Assembly (NCBI GenBank): GCA_964016885.1
Contig: OZ024743.1
Location: 26,908,001 to 26,972,000, forward strand
Direction: 5' to 3'
Origin: Eledone cirrhosa
Taxonomy: Eukaryota
Length of the DNA stretch: 64,000 nt
The notes below the pieces were generated by a model. It saw nothing but the letters and a program-made list of their open reading frames with translations, had not been told where the DNA came from and did no database searches. Made by a program: the position numbers and the translations under genes. This document shows, one piece after another, positions 51,996-64,000 of the stretch. Numbering within the stretch: the stretch's first letter is position 1; the number at the start of each line of letters is the position of its first letter.

Positions 51996-51996
51996 G

Positions 51997-52033
<37 letters not shown>

Positions 52034-53868
52034 CTGTAGAAACAATGCTAAACAATAAGTTATGAGGACTCATCAGTTGTGTCAAGGATTTGAGAACTCT
52101 AGTTCTGGAACCACAATAAAGTGCACCTAGTATGCTCTGTAAAGTGGTTAGCATTAAGAACATCCAGTAGCAATCAAACCAAAATTAGAATGTATGTAAG
52201 GTGGAGTGGGTAATATCCTCATAGACAAGCCCCCAAGCATCTCTAAGATGATATTACCTCCGATTAGGTACTGACTTGTCCTATGATGATCCATCCAATC
52301 CATACTAGCATGGAAAAGCAGATGTTAAATGGTGATGAGGATAATAGTATCATCATCATCATCATTTAACATTCATTTTCCCAGCTAACAAGTGTTAGTG
52401 GAGACACCCCAGATCAGTCAATACTCAAGTAGAACTACTGACATGTATATGAGTGAGGAGCCTGCATCTCACTTACAACTTATGTATGTCCCAACACTCT
52501 GAAGACAGGCCAAAGTGACTGCATCTCACATGTTCTCTCACTCTACTGAGTGCATTTTATCAGGGCAGGTTTTCTAGGACTGGATGCCTTTCCTATTATC
52601 AATCCTTTCATAGAATGTATTGGGTGCCTTTATTATGTAGATCAACAATACTAGGGAGGTTGTCATGTTTTTGATACAGTTGGTTTTGGTTGAAATGCTT
52701 TTGAGCATGGGTTTGCTCAATCAATGGCTGGCATTGAGCTAAAGTAACAATAACTATCCCCTTCAATTTTCATACACTTTTAGAAACATAGGTTCACATC
52801 TTGTGAATTTCACTTGGATGAGGTAAGAAATAACTACTGCATAGGATTTTATACAACAAGGAATTCTGCACAAGTTAATTGTTATATGAGAGAAGGAAAC
52901 CATTGCTACACTAAAATTGTTAACAATGGCCATAAAAATAATGGGCATACATAGACCTATAACTCTGAATGGAATCATAGGGGTGCAGTTATATGTAGCA
53001 TGTCTTTGGCATTTAAAACCAGGTGGTGCCAAAGCCTCATTAAGTCTGAACACAGCTGATTTCTTCTGGAGAAAAAGAGAGGGAAGGAAAATAAGAGAGA
53101 GAAAGAGACCTTGAAAGAACAAAAAGCAAAGTTGACCTTGGTGAGATTTGAACTTAGAGCATAGAGAAATGGAACAATTATTACAATACATTCTATCCAA
53201 TATTCAAATGATTCTGCCAGTTTGTTCCCTTATAACATTATCATACCTGGCTAAATAAATATGTTGTGTCTGAATAGTGTTTCACAATTATCAAATTGTT
53301 GTAACCATCACAACAGCACTATTGCACTGAGGTGGAGGTGGGGGTGGGGTGAATTTATTGCAAGACAAAAGAAGTGTTTCTATTGTAGAGCAACATATTG
53401 TAGGCATGACAACTACAATGGTCCTCTCTAGTGAATCTATTCACAGATCAGGGTGATGCTTGCTGTGGTAACCATAGCAATTCTTAACTCCTGCCCCTCA
53501 CTCCAATCACAATATCCTATTCTTAAATATCACTAGAGAACTGTGAAGAAGAAGTAAAAAAAGATTTTAGTCAATGAACTAGAAATTAAATTAGACATTT
53601 AATATTGATTGAACTGAAGTTAGGTGTGTGTGTGTATGTGTGTGTATACATGTGTGTCTGTGTGTATGTGTGTCTATGAGAGAGAGAGACTCATGTTACC
53701 TCATTCCTCTATATCTCACTGATCTACTATCTCACCATTAACACACACACTCATGTATGTATGTACGTATGTATATATGTATGTATGCATGTACGTATGT
53801 ATGTATGTATACATGTGGAAACACATTGAGACAGCTGGGCTTGCTATTGGGATTCTAACTTTTCAGTG

Positions 53869-53902
<34 letters not shown>

Positions 53903-54111
53903 AGTTAAAACAATGAAATAAAAAAATCAAGTCATTAGAGATATACTTCACTGCTTTACGATCGTTTCTAGATGGTGATAATACATTGTATCTATACTCA
54001 GTTATTGATCTATGTAAGTTTACAAACTATCAGATAGAGAGAATATTTACTTACATGCATATCACCAGCTGTTTTCACAGAATAGACCCCACAATTTACA
54101 GTGGATACCTC

Positions 54112-54154
<43 letters not shown>

Positions 54155-54515
54155 CATCCAGTCCTAAATAAATGAGGTCGTGTAGGTGTCACGACAAAAA
54201 ACACACAGTCCATGCTGTAATGTGGCCGTGTAGGTAACACGGTAAAAACTTCCCAGTCCACACTGTAAACGTGGTTGGTGTTAGGAAGGGCATCTAGCCA
54301 TAGAAAACCTGCCAGACAGTCCTATACGAACGAGACGACCAATCTTGCTTCAAGTGCGACAATTCCCGTCTAAACCCATGCTAGCGTGGAAGATAGGCAT
54401 TAAACAATGATGATGATGATATTTATATGTAAAAGGTAAACAGAAATAACAACATAATCGGTACAGTATATGGAAGGGATATATTAGCTTAATACTTGAA
54501 ATAGCAGGAAAAGGG

Positions 54516-54551
54516 TCTTAACGTTTCGGATGCTGGTCCTTCATCAGAAGA
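54516..54551 (-). ncRNA. Type I minimal hammerhead ribozyme motif (PLE-type)
   Basis: UCUU-CUGAUGA-A-GGA(CCAGCA)UCC-GAAAC-GUU-AAGA, with palindromic AACGUU in place of a stem III hairpin. Confidence 0.65.
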
Positions 54552-55169
54552 AAGAATGAGAAATAAGATAGATTGAAGGGATGGGTGGGCTGGAATTGGA
54601 AAAAATGTCTTTAGATAAAAATAACAGGTCCATTCATGTTGACATCTCTTGGAAAACTGTTGATGCTGGCATTTTGTGTATGATTTATTTTTTTAGAAAA
54701 GTGGATGATGGCACACGTCTACCTGAAATGGAAAAAAAATTTGTAAAAGGAGCTATACTTGTGCGCATGCGTATGCATGTATGTGTGTGTGTGTGTGTGT
54801 TATTATACATCCATACGAAGCTAAGAAGAAATGTGTGTGTATATGTAAGTACAAGAGTGTGTGTGTGCTTGTAAGTACGAAGCTATATATATATCATATT
54901 CATCACCCTTTTTATGTCCACTTTCCATGCTGGCATGGGTCAAACAGGCTGTTGTAGGTCAGCACAACCAACCTAGCTCATTACAATCCATATTTAGCCT
55001 AGTTTCTATGGCTGGATGCCCTTTCCAATGCCAACTGCCTTACTAAATATATTGGATACTTTTTTGTGACACCTGTGCTACCATTACCAATTTACAGAGT
55101 AGACTGCATGCCTTTTATCGTGGAACCAACACTAAGATTTAAAGATATGTGCTATATATATATATATAT

Positions 55170-55348
55170 TGTGCCAAGTAATCCCAGTGGAAGGAAAATG
55201 CAGTAGAAGAACATGTGTGGAGGTGGTGAGAGCTGACCTCAGATCGCTGAAGCTCACAGAGGAGATGATGAAGGACCATGAGGAGTGGAGAGATGCTGTG
55301 CTGAAGAGGACCCATCCTACCAGAGAAAAGCAGATGTAAATGATGATA
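55170..55348 (+). mobile_element. RTE 3' end fragment (short-UTR subfamily)
   Basis: Homologous to the reverse complement of 50839-51050. Confidence 0.7.
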
Positions 55349-55354
55349 AAGAAC

Positions 55355-55410
<56 letters not shown>

Positions 55411-56629
55411 AAGAAAGAGAAAGAGAATCTTGCTATGTTCCATTTTCTGTTTACCACTCTTATTGCACTGTCTTTGCTTCTCCCTCTGTTTGCTCACCAC
55501 TTGTTAGCAGATATAGTTGAGGTTTATTGATTCACAAATAGTCATAAAATCTTACCAAATGCTTTATCCTGACTACTCCATCTTGATATCACAAGCTATT
55601 TTATTATTTCTGCTTCATTTCAAATGTTAATATAAAAGATATCATACTTGACTGCAGATCAATAGATTGAGAATCTCAGACTAGTTAACTTGTAGAAATA
55701 TACTCTTCTTCTATCCTTTGCTACTCAACCACGTTAATCATCTTAAAAATATTATAACTATGGACCTGATGTTTTAAGATTTCCTTCTTGTTTTTTTCTG
55801 CTACATGCTATGTATGATTGTTATATATGTGTGAGAAACCATGTATTTACTTTAACCCCTTCATTATCATATTTTCAATAAGATACACTTCCTATGTGTT
55901 TCAAATAACTTTGAAAATAATCAATACTTTAGAAGTATTTAGTAAAATAACTAACTTCTCTATTATTACGTTGGAAATTAGAACATAATTTAACAAAGTT
56001 TCTAGTAGAAAATTATGATGGAAGGTCTTTAAATATGTATAAACACTTTAAACAAACAGTTATTTTATCATAGAATTACAGATGCTTTCAGGTAGTTTGG
56101 TAGCAAAAAGGTTATATATAAATACACAAACACACACACATACTTCAAAATGATTCAGTATTTGTTCCAGCTCATCTTTGGCTCAAATTCTGCCATGGTC
56201 ATCCTTTAAAAATCAATAAATAAAATGCCAGTCGAGCTCTGGATCAATACCCCCTCTCTATCTATCTATCTATCTATCTCTCCCCCCCCTCTCTCTTTCT
56301 CTCTCCCTCTCTGGAAGAAATTGGCTGCGTTCCAGCTTGGAGATGGATTGACTCTGCTAAGTTTAGAATGCCCAAGACACATTGTGTGCCAGAACAGTGC
56401 TCCTATGACTCCATTGGGAGAAATGGATCCTTTACATTGCTTTAATGAGAAACAGAAGCATAGACATCATGGGAACATGGTAGTGTGGAAAAAATGGATG
56501 CTAAACAGTGGTGATGATGATGATGATGATCAAACCCAACAAATGTTAAAAATAGAAAATGTTTTACAATTACTTTATATATTTCCATTAAAAAGAAACC
56601 TTTTCTTCCACTATTTTCTTGCTGTATGA

Positions 56630-58061
56630 ATTTCTTACAGTTTGAGACAAAGTTGCTGTTGTGGATGCCACTTTGTTCAGTCAACATTTTGTTGCAGAGA
56701 CGTTGATCTAAGCAGGACATTCAATGTTGGTGTTTTTAAAGCATTGCAACTTTTTGTTTTTATGTTGTTGAGAAAAGAATGTGGTAATGAAATAAGTTGC
56801 ATCATGAATTTAGATAGTAAATGGTAGCAATATATGCCACCACATTTTTTTTGAGAAACAAGAAACCAGTGTTTCTCAGGCCCATTTTGTGTATTAAGGA
56901 ATGCATCTTGCAGAGTCAATTCCCTCCATTCTTTATTTGTTGATATTGGCCTTCATAAACAAGGTTGGGAAATTTCAATGCCAATGGTATGATCGATTTC
57001 GGTTTACCTTCAATAAATTTGTCAGGTCTAAAGCTACTAGAACAAGTTGCTTGTTGCTAAAAAATATCATTGTTTCATATACAATAAGGGAGAACTTGGC
57101 TGAATTTAGCTTAGACAATAAATCATTGAAAGCAGGGGACTTGTCATATTTGAAAAAATGCAAGTTCTTTTAGTTTTGCACACTTGATGTCTTTGGCGAT
57201 TTTTGAATCAGAACATGCGTAGCAATAAGACCAGACTAATAATCCAAAATAGCAATGGGTAGGTTGTGCTCAGCAATAAATCTGCACAGTTTCAGCTCAG
57301 CTGATGCTATTTTCATTAAGTAAGCAGAACATTTATGAAATCTGACACCTTCACTATTTGTTTCACTACTTTCGAAATCTTTTGGCATTTTTCTGATACT
57401 TCATGATTACTATTTGACTGAATCTACCAGCTATCTCCCAATTGCACAAATTACAGTAGCCTTTACTTGCATCGTTTTTACTCAATACCAACCACAATAA
57501 ACATTTCTCATCGTTTAATAATTTTCACGGAACTTTTCTTTCATAGAAAGTGGATTTCAGTTTTTTCTTCTGAGGAGGAGAGTAATTTTTGTTATTATCA
57601 AAAAGATATTCTATATTCACTTTTTTTTTCACTCATGATGGGTTCAAAATACTTCTCAAAAAGCAAAACAGTTCAGAAATTGAAAGATGACATCACTAAA
57701 GTCATGGCACAACTGCTTAAACTGAACTGATACGGTTGTCTTCCAAGAATTTGTCTAAATTTTCTATATTCAGGTGTCATTGCATATTGTCAGTGGAATC
57801 TATTCAAGTAAAACGTCCACTGATCGATGCTGAGTGAATAGTACATTCTTATTGGCTACCAGGATAATACGGAAGATGGTTGGCTACCAATTTGAAATAA
57901 TACACAGAAGTGTATTGACGTCGAGGGAGCCAAATTTGCAAAACAATTACAACCTCTAACACACACTAAAAAATCTGCACGTGGTACCAAATGTATGGAA
58001 AAGTTAAATTAACGGCAAATAGTACCAAATTTGTATGAATGTACCAACTTCAGCTGCACTG
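56630..58061 (-). pseudogene. Decayed hAT-like DNA transposon (one terminus plus transposase remnants)
   Basis: AELKLCRFIAEHNLPIAILD, an SDSKIAKDIKCAK-like segment and KFSLIVYET..SNKQLVLV (decayed FSL..DE.TD..KQL); putative end CAGTGCAGCTGAAGTTGGTAC at 58061 with GTACCAA subterminal repeats. Second end not found. Confidence 0.65.
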
Positions 58062-58134
58062 ATTGGAATATATATGTATGTAATGTATGTATGGATATAT
58101 ATATATCTTTTTCTATTTTCTAGGGCGGGTAAAA

Positions 58135-58556
58135 TTCCCGAGATCCATGGATGAGTTCTCTTCAGCGGTCTCTGTCCCTCATTATCGCTGCTATATCCTG
58201 CGTCTCCAACAGACCAGTGTCTGTCCTTAGGGCATCAACATACACTAACCTTGGTCTTTCTCTTCCAGTGTGACCATGTAGGGGCTCCCATAGGAGCACT
58301 GAGTGCAATGTCAACTCTGGATGTCGGTCAGCATATCCAGCTAACCTCAGTCTCCTCTGTGTCACTTTTGAGCTGACTTTTGGGAGGCTCCCATACAGCT
58401 CTGAGTTTTTCATCCTCAGTGTATACTGATTAATGTTCAGAGCCATCCTCAGCATTCTCGTGTAGCACTCATCCACCATCTGAGTGAGTTTCTTGGTCAG
58501 TGTCCAAGTCTCAGACCTGTGCAGCAGCACAGACTCCACTACAGCAATGAAGAGGC
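58135..58556 (-). pseudogene. Second, distinct RTE-like family: RT C-terminal fragment
   Basis: ESVLL..SETWTLTK..YTRMLRMALN..RRLRLAG..RHPE..WEP.HG..GR.RP. Confidence 0.75.
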
Positions 58557-58565
58557 TATATATAT

Positions 58566-58566
<1 letters not shown>

Positions 58567-58598
<32 letters not shown>

Positions 58599-59646
58599 GT
58601 TTAACGTCCATGTTCCATGCTTGCATGGGTTTGGACGGGAGTTTTCCCACTTGAGGCAAGAGTGGTTGTCTTGCTCGCATAGGACTGTCTGGCGGGTTTT
58701 CTACAGCTGGATGCCCTTCCTAACACCAACCACATTTACAGTGTGGGGCTGGGAGGTTTTTACCGTGTTGCCTACACGGCCACATTACAGCGTGGACTGT
58801 CTGGCGGGTTTTCTACAGCTGGATGCCCTTCCTAACACCAACCACATTTACAGTGTGGGGCTGGGAGGTTTTTACCGTGTTGCCTACACGGCCACATTAC
58901 AGCGTGGACTGTCTGGCGGGTTTTCTACAGCTGCATGCCCTTCCTAACACCAACCACATTTACAGTGTGGGACTGGGAGGTTTTTACTGTGTTGCCTACA
59001 CAGCCACATTACAGCGTGGACTGTGTGTTTTTTGTCGTGACACCTACACGATCTCATTTGTTTCGGCCTGGATGTTGTGGCACCAACATAACCTTACATT
59101 GAAAGGGGCGGTGTGGATGGGGTGGGGGTGGTGGGACGGGGGTGTATTTTGTTAGAGATGCCTACTGACTGTAGTAGGTTTTACTTTGTATTTAGGTAAG
59201 GCGGGTCTTCTCTATTACTGAGTACCGCCAAAGGTCTCGGTCCAGTGACATTGTCTTGGAGAGGTGTAAGTGTGTGAGGTCGGAATTTATCAGCTCGTCC
59301 CAGGTTTTTCTGGGTCTGCCTACTCCGTGGCTACCATCTATCTTTATTGCCCTGCACTTTGTTATACAGCTGTCGTCTTTCATGCGCATCACGTGACCAT
59401 ACCAACGTAGCCTTCTCTCGATTAAACAACATCTGATCCCTCTTATTTCTAATTTTTTCCTTAGTTCGTTTATGCTTTGCCGTTCACGTATATTACTATT
59501 ACACATCCAGCGGAACATGCAAGCTTCGTTCCTCTCTAGTCTGCGTATATCCTCTGCACACAATGCCCAGGTCTCACTGCCATGCAACATTGCTGTTCGT
59601 ATGCAGGCATCATACAACCTGCCTTTCATTTTTAGGGAGAACCCTT
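58567..59646 (-). mobile_element. RTE 3' fragment with an internal triplication in the 3'UTR
   Basis: KGFSLKMKGRLYDACIRTAMLHGSETW...; (GAT)n tail; 5' end at (TA)n. Confidence 0.9.
58682..59024. repeat. 3 x 112-bp tandem repeat
   Basis: GGACTGT unit starts at 58682, 58794, 58906 and 59018. Confidence 0.9.
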
Positions 59647-59665
59647 TATATATATATATATATAT

Positions 59666-60322
59666 GGAGGCACATGGCTTAGTGGTTAGAGCATTGGCCT
59701 TGCAATCGAAAGGTTGTGAGTTCAATTCTCAGACCAGGCGATGTATTGTTTCCTTGAGCAAGACACTTTATTTCACATTGCTCCAGTTTACTCAGATGTA
59801 GAAATGAGACGATAGGGACTGGGGTACCTATCATTCCACTGCAAAGTGGACGTGGAGGTACCACGGCAAAAAAAGCACCCAGCACTCACTGTAAATGAGG
59901 TTCGTGTTAGGAAGGGCATCCAGCCAGAATCAGTTCCTGTCCCACCCTTGCAAGCAGGGAAAAAGTGGACCCAATGGAGGCACATGGCTTAGTCGTTAGA
60001 GCATTGGCCTTGCAATCGACAGGTTGTGAGTTCAATTCTCAGACCAGGTGATGTGTTGTGTCCTTGAGCAAGACACTTTATTTCACATTGCTCCAGTTTA
60101 CTCAGCTGTAGAAATGAGATGATAGGGACTGGGGTACCTATCGTTCCACTGCAAAGTGGTCGTGGAGGTGCCACGGCAAAAAAGCACCCAGCACTCACTA
60201 TAAATGAGGTTGGTGTTAGGGAGAGCATCCAGCAGCTGTAGAAATCAAGCCAGAATCAGTTCCCGTCCCACCCTTGCAAGCAGGGAAAAGTGGACGTAAA
60301 ATGAAGATAAAATGAAGATGAT
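59666..60322 (+). mobile_element. Two tandem SINE family B copies
   Basis: Heads GGAGGCACATGGCTTAGT(G/C)GTTAGAGC at 59666 and 59976; B-box GAGTTCAATTC. Confidence 0.9.
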
Positions 60323-61696
60323 ATATATATATATTTGTAGATTTGCAATCATGTATGTGTATATGTATGTGTACATGTATGTACATGCCTGTGTAATGCA
60401 TCTTATTTTGAACAACTAGTATTACAGTCAAACAGAAATGCAATACATATAACTGCATTGTCTGGAACTGACAAGCAAAATAATTTCTTACGAAGTTTGC
60501 AGTATTTATGACATTGATTATTCTCATAATCCCCTGAAAAAAAAAATCATTAAAATACTGTTTTCATTACTTGTGTGAAAGGGTTGCATCAGACTAAAAA
60601 AAAGTTGGACTAAGCTGAATAACAACAGATATTACACTTCACAGCTCTGAAAAATATTCATTAACATCTATGGAATAAAAAACAAAACAGAAAAAATAAC
60701 CGAAAATATCTTGAAAATGTTGATAGAGGCCTGTGCAAGTAATGAAATAAGTTATTTTCAGAATCTTATTGCTCTTAGGCAAATGTAAGTGATGTATTTC
60801 TAACGTTCATAATAGCTTTTGACCTGCGATCACATGTAAGCACACAAGCAGAGGATTGGAAAATCAACATCATTACAACACCTTCACCTCAAAATGAAAA
60901 CTAATATTAAAGAGAGCTATGTCATTTGAACCAATGTTAAATGAGGGATATGTGCTTTAAATTTGATTCCTTACTAGAATGAACTATAGAGCTTACGATT
61001 TGCCACATTTCTAGAAACTAACAGATCACTGGGGCCTGAGCCAACCTCACCTCCCTGTAACAGTCACTGGGAAAGCATTTGTTATAATGCTTTGCTAATG
61101 AGGCTCTGTGTATGGAAAAAATATATTGATGAATGATAATCATATACATAAATGCCTACATACATGTATACATACATATATACATACATGCATTCATAAA
61201 TACATATATAGATATGCAAAAAGTAGTTTTCTCATGACTGGAATGTCTTTGATCATATATTTGCTCAATCAGGCTAAACAATAACAGCAACTTTATACAT
61301 CATCCAAAACATAGTTCTCTAAAGCATAGCATAACAATTTACACATAATCTAAACAATCAATTACCAGTACTAATATCACCCATTAAATAAGAATAAATT
61401 GCAGTAAACATGAATAAAAAAGCCTACAACTCAGCCAATTCTCTCTCTTGGTATTTCCACATTGTTGAGGATGTTTACAATGGATGTTTCCAGTTTTTAT
61501 GACTGTGCCTTCTGAAGTTTACGATGAATCATTCATTGTTCACAACATTAGCAGTGCAGTTGTGGAGAAGATTCCTTACTTCTGGTTCTTCTTCAGCATT
61601 TTGATGTTGAACATGATCCACAGCAATAGCTCCTCTGCCTTTAGTTTTTAGTCTTAAACTAATTTTTCCCAGGTTTTAAGTTGGATGATGATTATG

Positions 61697-61713
61697 ATAA
61701 TAATAATAATAAT

Positions 61714-61756
<43 letters not shown>
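61697..61756. repeat. (TAA)n microsatellite at the 3' end of Tx1 copy D
   Basis: Read directly from sequence. Confidence 0.9.
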
Positions 61757-61757
<1 letters not shown>

Positions 61758-64000
61758 TTTCTTTATTAACCACAAGGGTTTACATAAAGTAGACATTAAG
61801 GACAGTGCAGGACAATGCAGGACGGTACAAATGGGCATTTCTGCGTGTAAAAAACAAAAACAGAGGATGTAACAAAAAATAACAATGAAAAATTCCCCAA
61901 TAAGGGGCAGACTTCGGAGGGACATTTGTGGAGAAAGCCCAGTAAAAAGCCACAATGACCCTGACCACCAAGGCAAGTGCCCTCTCCCAGTTTTCCACCT
62001 TTAATTTACAGATATATACTCAGAGTAGGCCCATTCACTCGGGCCATTCTTGCTTCTCTCACCCATCTTTCAACAAAATGCTGGGATGAGAGCACTTCCC
62101 TCTCTACTCTGATTTTCCTTTTCAAATGAAATTTGAAAAAGTCAATCAGAGCATCACCGAAGAGGTAAGTGCTCGTCTTCAGCCCTTTCAAACGTGTCCA
62201 CCATACTATCTCTTTCGCCATGGCCACCAGACAGATAAAAACTGCCTGCCCTTCCCGGCTAAAGGAGGAGGGCGGGGCAATCCTCACGATGGACTCAGAT
62301 GATAGCTGGATCCGTCCTAAACGCGACAGCAGGTGTTCGACATAAACCCACAAGTCAGCAATTTTCGGACACTGGACGAGTGCGTGCAGGACGGTTTTGT
62401 CGCCCTGCGCGCATCTCGGACATGCCCGGCTGACGGCACCTCCATGCCTGTAAAGTTTATCCCGAACTGGCAAAGCACCCCGGTAGCACTGCCAGGCCAG
62501 GGATTTCTGGAAGTTGTCCATAGGCCCCGGCCCGAAAGTCCTTCCGAAGAGATTGGCTAGTTGATTTTCGTCGACCCTAGAGTTTCTCCAAGTATGTCGT
62601 CGCTCTTCCCCTCCACTAATCCCCTATAGAACGCCAATGTGGAGTTTCCACCGATCACATTGCCCGATTGGTCGAGGGCTGTGAGCGCCTGAAGACATTC
62701 CAGTCTCCAAGCGCTCCCTCTCGGTCTTCGCTTGACCCAGGACTGCAGCTCCGTCAAGGAGACGAGCTGGGGAAAAACGTGTCTAGCAAACGGCGACCAC
62801 ACCTGATCACCGTCGAGGAAGAGGTGGAGATGTCGTAGCCTGAGCGCGTGTCTGCGCATCATCAGCCACGGCATGCCCAGCCCTCCACGTAGCGGGTGTT
62901 GACAGCAGATGGACCGCCTGACCATCGGAGCGCGTCCCTTCCACAAGAAGCGAAAGAGCAAACGCTCCAGCGCAGTCAGCGGGGCTTAGGACAAGGTACG
63001 ACGGCCAGGCGGTAGTAGATGACGGACGCGATGTACGCGTTAGCCACCTCCGCTCGACCTTTCAGAGATAGCTTCCTCTCAGCCCATTTCTGGGTGAGAG
63101 AAGCCACCCTGCTCGTCACTTCGTCCCAGTTTTTGTCCGTCTGGAGGTCTGGACCGAACCAGACCCCTAGCAATTTAACCGGTCCGTCCGTCCAGCGCCC
63201 GACGACGCTGTTGGATGGCATGGACCTGCCTCTCCAGGTGCCGAGCTGCAGGCCCACTGACTTTTCCTGGTTGATCATTGCTCCTGTCACCGCTTCGTAT
63301 TCTCTTAGTGTAGTGCCGATCGCCTCGATGTGTTTGGCGTTCGACACCACTACGGTGACATCGTCGGCATATGCTGACACGGATCTTCCGCATCCTAGTT
63401 CGCGCGGGACCCCCCTCAACGTCTCCAGTTTGTGCAGTAATGGCTCGAGAGTCAATACGTACAATAGGGACGAGAGGGGACATCCTTGGCGGACCGAGCG
63501 CATGATGTTGAACGGTTCCGAAAGGTGACCGTTCACTCTCACTACAGAGCAGATGTCGCTGTGCATGGCAGCGATCCAGCCTCTGAAGACGGGCCCAAAG
63601 CCAGCCGCCCTCAGGACTGCCGCTAGGTAACGATGGTCGACCCTATCGAAGGCTTTCGACTGATCTAAATTGATCAAAGACCCACCCGTGCCAGGTTCCC
63701 TAGCTACCCTCTCTACGATGTATCGCATGAGGTGGAGGTTGTCGTGGATAGATCTGTCGGGAATGGCGCATGTCTGTGCCTCTCCCACCAGACCACCAAC
63801 GACAAGCGCCAACCTCTTTGCTAGCACCTTGGCCAAAATCTTGAACTCTGTGTTTAGCAGAGTTATGGGCCTAAAATTATCTATGTTATCCCCCTTGTTC
63901 GGATCCTTTCTCAGCAGCGCCACCGCTCCTCGGCTCACAGAGCTGGGAATTCTCCCGTTCTGTTGCCAGTTGCAGTAGACGTCCGCCAAGAGGCCTCCGA
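61757..64000 (-). mobile_element. Tx1/L1-clade LINE copy D (different subfamily; extends beyond the window)
   Basis: RT motifs NFRPITLLN, DQSKAFDRV, RQGCPLS and YADD plus C-terminal CPRC..H...C, split over three ORFs by two frameshifts; ends GTGGTTAATAAAGAAA then (TTA)n. Confidence 0.95.

Noticed and set aside
53948-54003. Possible further hammerhead on the minus strand (CUGAGUA-UAGAU...AUCUA-GAAAC-GAUC-GUA)
   Set aside because: Stems II and III look right, but the core is not CUGANGA and stem I does not pair; at best a decayed relic.
58682-59024. CRISPR-like appearance of regularly spaced repeats (also the ~43-nt UTR units)
   Set aside because: Whole units repeat with no unique spacers, there are no cas genes, and the context is a eukaryotic retroelement UTR.

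Overview
This is an AT-rich, microsatellite-dense eukaryotic window with no host protein-coding gene that I can recognise. The SINE, RTE and Dong repertoire suggests an octopus-like cephalopod (inference only). All long ORFs belong to non-LTR retrotransposons: three Tx1/L1-clade elements stacked head-to-tail and joined by (TCTA)n/(TC)n tracts (10.1-16.7 kb, minus), a fourth Tx1 at the right edge ending in (TTA)n, and an RTE element with an open RT ORF containing a PHD-like finger (37.8-40.2 kb), plus many RTE fragments. Also present are several tRNA-derived SINE families, hAT/pogo/piggyBac-like MITEs, a non-autonomous Helitron, and decayed hAT, mariner, Dong/R4 and Penelope-like (PLE) coding remnants. 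The most interesting signals are absent from the ORF track. (i) Four distinct type I hammerhead-ribozyme-like motifs occur at five loci, one in a 1.5-mer ~424-bp retrozyme-like unit, one in a PLE remnant and two in a 1.2-kb palindrome. (ii) Retroelements next to (TA)n tracts repeatedly carry inverted duplications, which suggests priming from both ends of a palindromic (TA)n target. (iii) SINEs and RTE 3'UTRs share swapped sequence modules. (iv) Two or three RFX X-box motifs lie in apparently unique DNA. All coordinates and alignments were read by eye.
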